Origin: a virus
Lineage: Duplodnaviria > Caudoviricetes
Direction: 5' to 3' (one strand)
IMG/VR virus record: IMGVR_UViG_3300032030_000028
Span: 1-64,000 of that record
Length of the DNA stretch: 64,000 nt
Positions 1 through 8,921 of this stretch are shown here, in pieces. The notes under the pieces were generated by a model. The model did not search any database, was not told the origin of the DNA, and worked only from the letters and a program-made list of their open reading frames with translations. The position numbers and the translations under genes are program-made. How positions within the stretch are numbered: position 1 is the stretch's first letter; every line of letters starts with the position of its first letter.

Positions 1-29
1 AAACCCCGGTAAATACCGAAAAATAATTC

Positions 30-52
30 AAGACCCGAAAGGGTCTTTTTTT
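30..52 (+). terminator. Rho-independent terminator
   Basis: AAGACCC-GAAA-GGGTCTT followed by T tract; same hairpin at 1651-1672. Confidence 0.8.
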
Positions 53-56
53 ATCC

Positions 57-83
57 TTAAGCTTTCCGGATTCCGATTATATA
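57..83 (+). promoter_or_regulatory. Putative phage early/middle promoter TTAA-N17/18-TATATA
   Basis: Same motif upstream of genes at 1678, 20076, 20303, 25344, 28094, 31086, 36337 and (minus) 8886-8912. Confidence 0.6.
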
Positions 84-121
84 AGATCATAAGAGATATA
101 TTAATAAAAAAAATAAGAATT

Positions 122-400
122 ATGAAAAAGATGATTGTAATATTGGTTCTTGCTCTGATGACAAGCTGCGTTCGCAATGTAAATTCATCAACAAGTGAAC
201 CTGTTGTAGAGTATACTTCTGTTAAAGGAGATTCTCATGGATTTATCACACCGGAAGAACGCGGAAAAATTGGTACGGTGAGAGAATTTAAGTACAATGG
301 TCACCAATACATTCAGTTTGATATCATCTCCACACACGGAGGCCGCAGTGGGGTCGTACATGATCCGGACTGTCCCTGTCACAACGGTTCTAACGAATAA
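122..400 (+). CDS. Putative lipoprotein
   Basis: MKK + hydrophobic stretch + LMTSC lipobox-like motif. Confidence 0.65.
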   Translation: MKKMIVILVLALMTSCVRNVNSSTSEPVVEYTSVKGDSHGFITPEERGKIGTVREFKYNGHQYIQFDIISTHGGRSGVVHDPDCPCHNGSNE

Positions 401-409
401 TCTGCAGCT

Positions 410-625
410 ATGGAAGTCGCAAAATACTGGGTCATTCAAGACCAGAACGGACACTTTTACCGCATGACTTCATACGGAAGCTGGTTCTTTGACGAGAACT
501 TCTCGAAGGCAAAGCACTTCACCAGCAAAGGCAGAGCAGAGTCCGGAATAAAGCAGATCTCTGGCTGGGCAGAGGCAACCAAAACCACTATGACTGTCCG
601 GTCCGTAACTGTAACTTTAGACTAA
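410..625 (+). CDS. Hypothetical protein
   Basis: Operon-like spacing, coding-like composition. Confidence 0.65.
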   Translation: MEVAKYWVIQDQNGHFYRMTSYGSWFFDENFSKAKHFTSKGRAESGIKQISGWAEATKTTMTVRSVTVTLD

Positions 626-644
626 AAATATAATCCGCAATAAT

Positions 645-1322
645 ATGAACAAGACAGACGTAAAAAACATTAAAAGCTTGCTCAAGTGGCGTGAATTGTC
701 CCGTAAAGTGAGCAAAGGCGCCGACTACGACACGGCCGGCGAGATCAAATTTGATGTGCTTTCTGAGTACTCAGATGATGAGCTCAATCAGAAAATGCAA
801 GAGTTCGAGGAAGCAGAAAAGAGAAAAGCTGCTGACAAGTTCCGCAGTCTCGTTGATGCATTCTTCAAGAAGTGGGGCGATGAAGGCGACAACATGATAG
901 TGCTGAGCGGCGCATACGTCCCAGAGAGAACGACCTATGAAATGGAAGATCCAGTGAACGACATCTACTGGGACCGTAGCGATTACAACAAACTGTACCA
1001 CGCAGTCGGCAGCCAGCAGCCGAGCAACAGCTATTTTGCTGTCTGTGATCTTCCCGAAGCGGAGAGAGCAGATAGAGAAAAGCTGTGGGATAAGTTCTGG
1101 ACAGACATGGAACCAATCCGTAAAGAAGCAAGAAAGCTCAAGATTCCGACAGCAGAGAAATACTGGGAGGACGACAACCATGCTCTCAACGAATGCTGGT
1201 ACGGCGTAATCGGAGTCATGAAAGACTACCGCATCGTATCTTTCGTCATCCGAGACGACGGCATGCTGTGCGACGAGGAAGGATACGAAACCTTCTACAA
1301 CTCTGTAATCACACAACTGTAA
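645..1322 (+). CDS. Hypothetical protein
   Basis: 225-aa ORF in operon. Confidence 0.8.
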   Translation: MNKTDVKNIKSLLKWRELSRKVSKGADYDTAGEIKFDVLSEYSDDELNQKMQEFEEAEKRKAADKFRSLVDAFFKKWGDEGDNMIVLSGAYVPERTTYEMEDPVNDIYWDRSDYNKLYHAVGSQQPSNSYFAVCDLPEAERADREKLWDKFWTDMEPIRKEARKLKIPTAEKYWEDDNHALNECWYGVIGVMKDYRIVSFVIRDDGMLCDEEGYETFYNSVITQL

Positions 1323-1334
1323 AATCAATAAAAC

Positions 1335-1631
1335 ATGAAAAAATCAACAGCATTAGCAATCATCACCCTCCTCTTCATCGTATTCATGTCCGTGATCGCC
1401 CTGACGGGCTGCACCGAAGGTCAGAAAAGAGGCCTGAAGGACATCAAGTCAGACTGGGGAGGAGGAATCGAACGCACCGCCGTTCTGATGGACTACAACG
1501 GCGACACAATCAAGACTTGGCACGGAAAATTCGACATCCGCGACTCTGGATCGGACAACCAGATTTTCTTTGATCTCGACGGAAAGCGAGTCTGGATCCA
1601 AGGAGGCATCTTTGTTTCGGAAGAAAAATAA
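1335..1631 (+). CDS. Putative lipoprotein
   Basis: MKK + hydrophobic helix + LTGC lipobox. Confidence 0.7.
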   Translation: MKKSTALAIITLLFIVFMSVIALTGCTEGQKRGLKDIKSDWGGGIERTAVLMDYNGDTIKTWHGKFDIRDSGSDNQIFFDLDGKRVWIQGGIFVSEEK

Positions 1632-1638
1632 TGATAAT

Positions 1639-1730
1639 GAAAAATAATCAAAGACCCGAAAGGGTCTTTTTTAATCCTTAAGCTTTTCCGGATTCCGATT
1701 ATATATGATCACAAAAAACATATTCAATAA
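1639..1730 (+). repeat. Terminator+promoter module, near-duplicate of 18-110
   Basis: Shared GAAAAATAAT..AAGACCCGAAAGGGTCTTTTTT..ATCCTTAAGCTTT(T)CCGGATTCCGATTATATA..GATCA. Confidence 0.85.
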
Positions 1731-1742
1731 ACTACAAAAATA

Positions 1743-3077
1743 ATGGAAAACTCAATAACTCTTGTAGGAAAATACACCAAGGCCGAAATTTTCGCTAAGA
1801 CTATCGAGGAAGGCGTATATACTCAGGTGTATGATATCATCAACAATCCGGCATTCTTGGGTAAGAAAGTGGTATTGATGCCGGACGTTCATGTGGGGGC
1901 AAGCGGACCCTGCGGGCTGGTAGCCGAGATCGGAGACTGGATTTGTCCGGAACATATCGGAGTAGATATTGGGTGTTCTGTGACTATGATGATGTTAGAT
2001 GGATTTATTCCTGAAGATAAATTAGTTTTATTAGAACATCGAGTCAAACAAGCTGTTCCTATGGGATTCAATCTTCATAAACACACTGTTATAGAGGAAA
2101 AAGATTTCTTCAAGTTCTTAGGCACGGAATTTATGAAAGCCAGAACCCTGTGGCCGGAAGTTTTCGATATTGAGCATCTCCCTAACATAGTCACGGAAAA
2201 ATGGATTGACAAACAACTTAAAAAACTTGGAATGGAACCTGGGGTTTTCTATAAATCATTGGGGACTATTGGTGGAGGAAATCACTTCATTGAATACGGA
2301 GAATCCAAATTAAACGGAGCTATCACTATGCACTTTGGGAGCCGGAATCTTGGAGTCAAAGTCTGTAAATACTGGATGAAGAAAACCACTAATCCTATGA
2401 CAAAGGCGGAAGCTCAAAAAGTTGTAATAGACTTTAAAAAAGAATGGAACCGGACTCATAAAAGTGATATGCACGGATTCAACGAAGCTCTTAAAAAGGA
2501 AATGCAAGAGCGCAAGAATAATTTTATCAAAGGTTACCTTACTGGCGAGGACATGAAAGGATATTTAGCGGATATGGTTTTTGCTCAAGCTTATGCTAAG
2601 TACAATCATAAGACTGTTAAAGACATTATTTCTAAGATTCTTTCAAAAATGCATCTTCCTAAGATTGACAAAGTGATTACCTGTACGCACAACTATATAG
2701 ATTTCCGGGATCACTACATCAGGAAATCATCTATTTCAGCACACGAAGAAGAGGAAGTTATAGTACCATTGAATATGAGAGATGGAACTATTTTTGGAGT
2801 AGGAAAAGGAAATGAATATTGGATGGATTCTTGTTCGCACGGCGCCGGCAGAAAGATGTCTAGGAATGAAGCTAAGAAGAACATCACTTTAGAAGAATTT
2901 CAAAAATCCATGGAGGGTATCGTCACCACTTCCGTAGATCAAACTACCATTGACGAATCTCCAATGGCCTATAAGGATACGGATGAAATCATCGAAGCCA
3001 TACAAGACACTATAGATATATTAGCGGTATTCATTCCTAAAATATCTTGGAAGGCTTCCGAAGAACCTCAAAAATAA
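1743..3077 (+). CDS. rtcB: RtcB family RNA ligase
   Basis: MPDVH, GVDIGC, GTIGGGNHFIE, HFGSRNLG, HNYID, SHGAGRKMSR, DESPMAYKD motifs. Confidence 0.95.
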   Translation: MENSITLVGKYTKAEIFAKTIEEGVYTQVYDIINNPAFLGKKVVLMPDVHVGASGPCGLVAEIGDWICPEHIGVDIGCSVTMMMLDGFIPEDKLVLLEHRVKQAVPMGFNLHKHTVIEEKDFFKFLGTEFMKARTLWPEVFDIEHLPNIVTEKWIDKQLKKLGMEPGVFYKSLGTIGGGNHFIEYGESKLNGAITMHFGSRNLGVKVCKYWMKKTTNPMTKAEAQKVVIDFKKEWNRTHKSDMHGFNEALKKEMQERKNNFIKGYLTGEDMKGYLADMVFAQAYAKYNHKTVKDIISKILSKMHLPKIDKVITCTHNYIDFRDHYIRKSSISAHEEEEVIVPLNMRDGTIFGVGKGNEYWMDSCSHGAGRKMSRNEAKKNITLEEFQKSMEGIVTTSVDQTTIDESPMAYKDTDEIIEAIQDTIDILAVFIPKISWKASEEPQK

Positions 3078-3100
3078 AAGGTCCCAAAGGGGCCTTTTTT
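3076..3100. terminator. Bidirectional terminator
   Basis: AAAAGGTCCC-AAA-GGGGCCTTTT between convergent genes. Confidence 0.7.
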
Positions 3101-3446
3101 ATTGCTTAAGAATTTCTTCTATTGAAGTTTTATATGGTACCATGCGCTTTTTAATAGTATAGAACGATAACATATCTGCAGTGACCTTAAAGTCGTTTGG
3201 ATTCGTAATAGTATATATCTCCGTAAAATGTTCCCATCTAAACTTCGAAAATTTAGAATATATATCTCTTATCTGATTTCCGGTCAGTATAAACCACACG
3301 CCCCCTTCTTCCGTCTGACATCGATCGTATTTGTTCTTGCTAAGAAATTCAAATATTTCTCCTACCGACCATATGGCGTAATATCCGGAATTATTACCAG
3401 GTACACCTCCCCGTTTCCCTATTATAGATTCGCTGATGTGTTTCAT
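3099..3446 (-). CDS. ESIIGRKG-tag family protein
   Basis: Starts MKHISESIIGKRG. Confidence 0.8.
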   Translation of the reverse strand: MKHISESIIGKRGGVPGNNSGYYAIWSVGEIFEFLSKNKYDRCQTEEGGVWFILTGNQIRDIYSKFSKFRWEHFTEIYTITNPNDFKVTADMLSFYTIKKRMVPYKTSIEEILKQ

Positions 3447-3463
3447 TGTCTTAGAATTTTGTC

Positions 3464-3877
3464 TTAAATATTTATTCTACCACTACGTATTAAACTAAAA
3501 TCATCTGGATAATCGAGCAGTTCATAAGGATATTTTATATTGTGCTGAGATATAAATTTCAAAATAGTCTCATTATATCCGTTTGGTGTCCAATAAATAT
3601 CACAATCAATATGATTGGTATTTAATTGTAATTTTGAAAAATCTCGGCCAGGACCAGTAAATATTAACGCCCCTTTCCCATTATTTAATTCGCATTGGTT
3701 AATGAAATGTGTATTGGATATAGAAAGTATAGCATTATCAAGCAATTTAATATCCCATCTTGTATGCGGTATGATTACGTATATATTGTTTTTATCGGTA
3801 AAAATTTCTTGAAATTTGTCTTGTTTGGTCGGGATTGATCCTTTCCGTCCTATTATAGATTCTCTTATGTGCTTCAT
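3464..3877 (-). CDS. ESIIGRKG-tag family protein (paralog of 6444-6854)
   Basis: Starts MKHIRESIIGRKG; NIYVIIP/LIFTGPGRDF/DCDIY match NIFIVYP/VIFVGTGEDF/DCCIY. Confidence 0.8.
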   Translation of the reverse strand: MKHIRESIIGRKGSIPTKQDKFQEIFTDKNNIYVIIPHTRWDIKLLDNAILSISNTHFINQCELNNGKGALIFTGPGRDFSKLQLNTNHIDCDIYWTPNGYNETILKFISQHNIKYPYELLDYPDDFSLIRSGRINI

Positions 3878-4197
3878 TTTTCTTCTAATCTTTCTCTTAA
3901 TTTTTCTGGTGTGTATGTATCATAGAAAATATCAAAATTTTTATCAAAAATAGACTTCCAAAAATACATGCCATCTTTTGAGTCGGACCAAGGAAATGCA
4001 CAATCTAAACCGAATTTTTGCAGACTTTCTAAATCAAAATCTTTTCTAGTCAAATATGTTTCATACAATGCTAACGTGATAATCTCCAAAGGATATCCTT
4101 CTATTTTCCCTTTAGCATCTTTCTTGGTTAAACCATATGGATTTGGCCACACCAGCGCTCCTTTCCGTCCTATTATAGATTCATTTATGTGTTTCAT
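3874..4197 (-). CDS. ESIIGRKG-tag family protein
   Basis: Starts MKHINESIIGRKG. Confidence 0.8.
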   Translation of the reverse strand: MKHINESIIGRKGALVWPNPYGLTKKDAKGKIEGYPLEIITLALYETYLTRKDFDLESLQKFGLDCAFPWSDSKDGMYFWKSIFDKNFDIFYDTYTPEKLRERLEEK

Positions 4198-4649
4198 AAT
4201 CTGCTTATAGTTTCTTCGGTTAATATCTTAAATAATAGACCATTTTTTTGGCAGAATTCCATAGCCGCCGCCCACTTGCTCCGGTTCCGGATGTATTCCT
4301 TCCAGGCATATCCGTTAGGATCAAATGGAGTCTTCGGAGGTAGGGTCTGGTTCTTGGGCTTGATTTCTATCAGCACTTGGGATCCGTCATCCATAATCAC
4401 AAAAAAATCCGGATAATAACGATGAGATTCTCCGTCGAGTTTATTTATATATGGTATAGCTAGGCATTCCGATGCCCAGCTTTTTACTTTAGGGGTATTT
4501 TCTAGCCAATGTATGAATATCTTCTCATAAGAACTTCTATATATTATAGGTTCCCGAGATTGAGATTCTAAAAGTTTCTTGCAAGACCCCGGATTGATGT
4601 ATCCTTGTTGAAATCTCTTTTTGGATGGCCGGACTTGTTTGATATTCAT
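4194..4649 (-). CDS. Head completion nuclease (T4 gp4 / TnsA-like endonuclease)
   Basis: YRSSYE, WASE, IPY, RYYPDF, IEIKP, N..KWAAA motifs. Confidence 0.85.
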   Translation of the reverse strand: MNIKQVRPSKKRFQQGYINPGSCKKLLESQSREPIIYRSSYEKIFIHWLENTPKVKSWASECLAIPYINKLDGESHRYYPDFFVIMDDGSQVLIEIKPKNQTLPPKTPFDPNGYAWKEYIRNRSKWAAAMEFCQKNGLLFKILTEETISRL

Positions 4650-6187
4650 ATTCGATTACTGATAAATCTGAAACATTCGAAAAGATTCTTATAAATGTCA
4701 ATATTTACAGTTCCGATTCGCTTTACGATTTCAAAACGATCAGGACTGGTTGCGTAATTTTTGGCTTTTAGAGGAAGATTCGAGATCTTATTTACACCAT
4801 ATATTAACTTCATACTCTCGCAGAAAAATCTTGGTTTCCCCATACCATCTTCTTCCATCCACATTATGACATCTCCACCGATTCTTATAAGACTATTTAC
4901 ATATTCTTTTGCTGTATCTAATCCAGGCAGCTTTAATATCTCATCTATGTGATTTGCATATTCTTCTTGAGTCAAATACAAGACAGTATGGTCTTCTATT
5001 TTTGGATTACCCTGCGTATGATCCGATCTCATAAGATATATCGGGGATGTCGTCCCGCCTACACCTTTTCTTCCTATTATAGATTCGTTAATATATTCCG
5101 ATAGTCCCACATAAGATTCGTTTTTACGGGCGGTACGAAATTCGGATTTAGTAGCATATCCGACCTCTTTACCATTCCGAGTCCGGACATAAGTCATACC
5201 ATGTCCCGTTTTTTTCCGACGAGCATGGATTTCCGATCCGTCTTTAGCTTTAACTATCTGTTCCTTGGGTTCTTTGTTAGAAATATTATCCTTTTTTATG
5301 AGATTTCGATCAAACTCTAAAAATTCCGAGCCGTTTTTCTTTATATATTCTTTTCCGGTCTTTCTCAGATCTTTATCTTGCATAATTTTAGAAAAGTTCT
5401 TTTGAAAATCTTTATCGGAGACATCGGAAAAATCGGGATCGATCCGAATCTTACCTTTCTTGTTATACATAGATTTCATCAGATTCTCATAATTCTTTTC
5501 CAGCTCTTTTTTCTTTTTCGGATCTTTTTCTGCTTCTATAGAAGCCTTCATGCCGGCAATGGTAGCTTCGTTTCGTTTTCGCATGATATGGACGGTGGTA
5601 GCGGTAATAGCAGCGGCCGCAATAGCTACTCCGGCTATTATAGCGGTTTTTTTAGGACCATCGGAATCTAAATATCTACCCCATCCCGTCTTAACGGTAT
5701 AATCAAATGTCTGATGATATTCCGTACCGGTTGCCACAGTCTCAGCTTTCACTGGACCAAACCAGGCCCAATCATTATCCTGCTTAGAATAGGTATGGTA
5801 GACGTGGCGTCTTCTTTTCCATTCCGATCGGCTGAGTGGTTTGGATGATATTTTATCATATTCATTTTTTGATACCTTCTTAGTCCTGCCTTTACCCATA
5901 TCTATGGTATAGGTATCCTTGTGAGATTCGGCATCTTTCTTTTCTTTATCATATTCGGCTGCTTTGCGATCAGCTTCTTTCTGAGCCTCCTCATATTCTT
6001 TCCGCGTATCTTCTTCCCGTTTGGCTATAGCATTTCCGAGTTCCTCAACCGTCTTATATCTCTTTCCGGTCTCCCAATCGCAATACGGAAATTGCGACCG
6101 CTCGCTCACCGGGATTCGACGGTCCTCTACATGGCTGCTCAGACGGCGCCCTTCTAAATTCATTTCTAATATATTAGTCTTCATCAT
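4646..6187 (-). CDS. Putative internal-head polyprotein (hydrophobic segment + basic domain + internal ESIIGRKG tag)
   Basis: Paralogous to 52131-53687 and 54187-55317; internal EYINESIIGRKG at 5063-5098. Confidence 0.75.
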   Translation of the reverse strand: MMKTNILEMNLEGRRLSSHVEDRRIPVSERSQFPYCDWETGKRYKTVEELGNAIAKREEDTRKEYEEAQKEADRKAAEYDKEKKDAESHKDTYTIDMGKGRTKKVSKNEYDKISSKPLSRSEWKRRRHVYHTYSKQDNDWAWFGPVKAETVATGTEYHQTFDYTVKTGWGRYLDSDGPKKTAIIAGVAIAAAAITATTVHIMRKRNEATIAGMKASIEAEKDPKKKKELEKNYENLMKSMYNKKGKIRIDPDFSDVSDKDFQKNFSKIMQDKDLRKTGKEYIKKNGSEFLEFDRNLIKKDNISNKEPKEQIVKAKDGSEIHARRKKTGHGMTYVRTRNGKEVGYATKSEFRTARKNESYVGLSEYINESIIGRKGVGGTTSPIYLMRSDHTQGNPKIEDHTVLYLTQEEYANHIDEILKLPGLDTAKEYVNSLIRIGGDVIMWMEEDGMGKPRFFCESMKLIYGVNKISNLPLKAKNYATSPDRFEIVKRIGTVNIDIYKNLFECFRFISNRI

Positions 6188-6440
6188 CTTTGTCGGATAT
6201 TTTTTCTAGATGGGATTCCGTTTTCTTTAAAGTTTCTTTACATAGTTCTATCAGATTATTCAGATCCGTCTTAGACCAATGACTGTCTTTAAGCTTGTCT
6301 TTTACAAATTCCTCAATATCATCGCCCCCGTCACTATAAAATCCTTCTATTAAAGAACTTACTATCAATATTAATTGATCTTTTTCTTTTTCCGGAATAT
6401 CCATTTTGGTTTCAAATATAAAATTTTTTATATTTTTCAT
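6174..6440 (-). CDS. Acidic helical protein homologous to N-terminus of 52131-53687
   Basis: FYSDGGDDIEEFVKD..W..IELCK vs FYNDDEDRDIEEFIKD..W..IDICK; starts MKNIKNFIFE. Confidence 0.75.
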   Translation of the reverse strand: MKNIKNFIFETKMDIPEKEKDQLILIVSSLIEGFYSDGGDDIEEFVKDKLKDSHWSKTDLNNLIELCKETLKKTESHLEKISDKDDED

Positions 6441-6443
6441 ATT

Positions 6444-6854
6444 TTAGAATTTTATTTTCCCATCATATACATTGTCGATTATATCAGAATATTTAAGAAC
6501 ATCGGACATGTATTCTATATGATAATCCAACCATGTTATGACATCTCCGATTTTATGGGGAAATATAGAATATATACAACAATCTACCTCTTGATTTATA
6601 TGAACCTTTTTAAAATCCTCTCCGGTCCCCACGAATATTACTTCCCCACCAGACAGATATACCTCCTCTATGTTTACATTTTTCACATCCATTATAGTAT
6701 TTGATATTTCGTCATAATCTTCATTATTAACTGGATATACTATAAATATGTTTTTAGGATTCCGATATATGGCTTTAGCAAATGCATTATCCTTATCCGG
6801 AATATTATAATTTCCTCTCCGTCCTATTATAGATTCATTAATGTGTTTCATCAT
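6444..6854 (-). CDS. ESIIGRKG-tag family protein
   Basis: Start re-called at MMKHINESIIGRRG. Confidence 0.8.
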   Translation of the reverse strand: MMKHINESIIGRRGNYNIPDKDNAFAKAIYRNPKNIFIVYPVNNEDYDEISNTIMDVKNVNIEEVYLSGGEVIFVGTGEDFKKVHINQEVDCCIYSIFPHKIGDVITWLDYHIEYMSDVLKYSDIIDNVYDGKIKF

Positions 6855-6861
6855 ATTTGGT

Positions 6862-7287
6862 TTATTTATAACTCCAAATTTCCTGACCTGTTGTTCCAAC
6901 AGAAGCCATTTTTAGAATTTCGATATCAGTCTGTATGTTTTTTATATTTTTACGATCAAAAATGTCGGATATATGACTTTTGACATATTCCGGATCCGCC
7001 CGCCAGATGCTCACCACATCTAAATCGTATCCCCGACCAGCTTCATTGCTGAATTCTAAATTATTGTCATATTCATAATCCGGAATATATCCTGATCCGA
7101 GTAAAACAAATTTACTATAGATGTCGAATTTATTATCAGCATATTTCTTTCTGATTTTTTTATCAAAAACCACTATCCAGAACTCTCTATTCGCAGTTTG
7201 AACGATATCAAAATCCTTTAATAACGATTTCGGATTTGAAAATGATGCGCCCTTTCTTCCAATTATAGATTCATTAATGTGTTTCAT
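6862..7287 (-). CDS. ESIIGRKG-tag family protein
   Basis: Start re-called at MKHINESIIGRKG. Confidence 0.8.
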   Translation of the reverse strand: MKHINESIIGRKGASFSNPKSLLKDFDIVQTANREFWIVVFDKKIRKKYADNKFDIYSKFVLLGSGYIPDYEYDNNLEFSNEAGRGYDLDVVSIWRADPEYVKSHISDIFDRKNIKNIQTDIEILKMASVGTTGQEIWSYK

Positions 7288-7291
7288 AGTA

Positions 7292-7720
7292 TTACTTTTT
7301 ATATAGATAAAATGTTCTTCCGGCCATATTAACAAAAATTATATCGGCTTCCATTGGTTTGCAAATAGGTGCCTCTCCAAATTCTTCAATTTGAAATGCA
7401 CCGCATATATATTTTTGTTGTCCTATTTTTTCATAAAGTTCATCAAGATCATTCCAAATTTGCATCAGAAAATTTCTATCTTTAATATAACCTTCATAAT
7501 CATTGACATTCACCGGTCCAAAATCTAACAAACAAGATGCAAATTCATTAAAATCTAATTTTTGCTCAATTTTTTCTAACCACTTATCAAATTTATCAAA
7601 ATTATTATACAAACCCTTTGATTTAAGTTTCTTATCATCGAATATGAGTTCCGATATGAAATATTTATTTGGCGGATAATTTCCCTTCCTTCCTATAATA
7701 GATTCAGTAATGTGTTTCAT
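7292..7720 (-). CDS. ESIIGRKG-tag family protein
   Basis: Starts MKHITESIIGRKG. Confidence 0.8.
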   Translation of the reverse strand: MKHITESIIGRKGNYPPNKYFISELIFDDKKLKSKGLYNNFDKFDKWLEKIEQKLDFNEFASCLLDFGPVNVNDYEGYIKDRNFLMQIWNDLDELYEKIGQQKYICGAFQIEEFGEAPICKPMEADIIFVNMAGRTFYLYKK

Positions 7721-7756
7721 GAGATATTTAATTGATTAAAAAATACAATAAAAAAC

Positions 7757-7807
7757 AAGCGATCTTCCGGTCAGATATATAAATGGTCATCCTACAGAAG
7801 ATCGCTT
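7757..7807. repeat. Dispersed 51-bp inverted-repeat element, copy 1
   Basis: AAGCGATC-N35-GATCGCTT. Confidence 0.85.
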
Positions 7808-7835
7808 GTTATACGGAGGATATGAGTGTTATATC

Positions 7836-8864
7836 CTAGATATTTGCATGTACATGTACGGCACTATCCTGAGATGCGGATTCGGATCTAGGATATCCGG
7901 AAAAACGAAGTATAGGTATATTGAATATATCGATCATGCTTTCTAGGTCGTCGCCTGGGATGCTTATATAGGATGCAATATCTTTCGCTTTGTTGGCGGA
8001 TGGCCTGCCTACTATGAAGTAATCGAATTTTTCTTGTTTATGATAGTAATACAAATCAATTACGCCGAAGAATCTAGATATGAGATTGTATCTTTCTTTA
8101 CTTTTATTTCTCAGCACATTCATGTTTCTCTCAACAAGTTCTTCTATCTCTCTCCGTTCAGATATAGATGAATCAAATTGAGCTAACAGGAGTTCGGGCA
8201 GTTTCTCTTCAATATCATCGGATATGATATCGAATAAATTGTCTATTACTTTCTCATTGCGGAAAATACCACCTTTTTCACCAAATACTGATTTGTAGTC
8301 GATATCAGGATACATCTTTTTAAATTTATCGTTGATTGCCGCCGGACTCTTCATAACCGAAGACCGCACGCGAGCGTCATCACCCTTAAATTCAAATGCT
8401 AATCCCCCGGCATGTACATCCGCTTTGCCTTTGTCGATATCTTTCAAGATCAGACGGCAAAGGATCTCTCCCGCACCTCTGGTAACACTATTTCTGGCGG
8501 GTGCAAAAGCACATATCTCTTGTAATGTGTCGAAAGAAAATACGTTTTGGAAGTGGTCATATATATTCCCACCGTATCTTAAAATGGATGAATCCGGCAC
8601 CGGAAGTTCTCCCTTTATCATCTGGATAAAGTTATTATAATCCCGATTGTTATCCTTTATGATCCGTACTACGTGCTTCCATACATCATCGATTTCCCGA
8701 TCTTTGAAATATTGTATAATCTGATCTTTATCAACTCTTTCCTGAGAGACAAAACGGAGAACATCCATTAGGGCATCATCCGGAGTTATCTGTAACTTAG
8801 AAGATATTTCCGCTATAGTACTATCTCTATCAAATGCTTCGATTGAATACTGTTTTAAATTCAT
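7836..8864 (-). CDS. Hypothetical protein, possible PD-(D/E)xK nuclease fold
   Basis: GAGE...ADV...FEFKG pattern; TAG stop. Confidence 0.55.
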   Translation of the reverse strand: MNLKQYSIEAFDRDSTIAEISSKLQITPDDALMDVLRFVSQERVDKDQIIQYFKDREIDDVWKHVVRIIKDNNRDYNNFIQMIKGELPVPDSSILRYGGNIYDHFQNVFSFDTLQEICAFAPARNSVTRGAGEILCRLILKDIDKGKADVHAGGLAFEFKGDDARVRSSVMKSPAAINDKFKKMYPDIDYKSVFGEKGGIFRNEKVIDNLFDIISDDIEEKLPELLLAQFDSSISERREIEELVERNMNVLRNKSKERYNLISRFFGVIDLYYYHKQEKFDYFIVGRPSANKAKDIASYISIPGDDLESMIDIFNIPILRFSGYPRSESASQDSAVHVHANI

Positions 8865-8921
8865 ATTCGTTTTATTTTATATCGCTATATAATCGGGGTA
8901 TAGAAATCTTAAGTAGTTTTT

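Noticed and set aside
4194-4649. Tn7 transposon (TnsA)
   Set aside because: No TnsB/TnsC or transposon ends; context fits T4 gp4-like head completion nuclease
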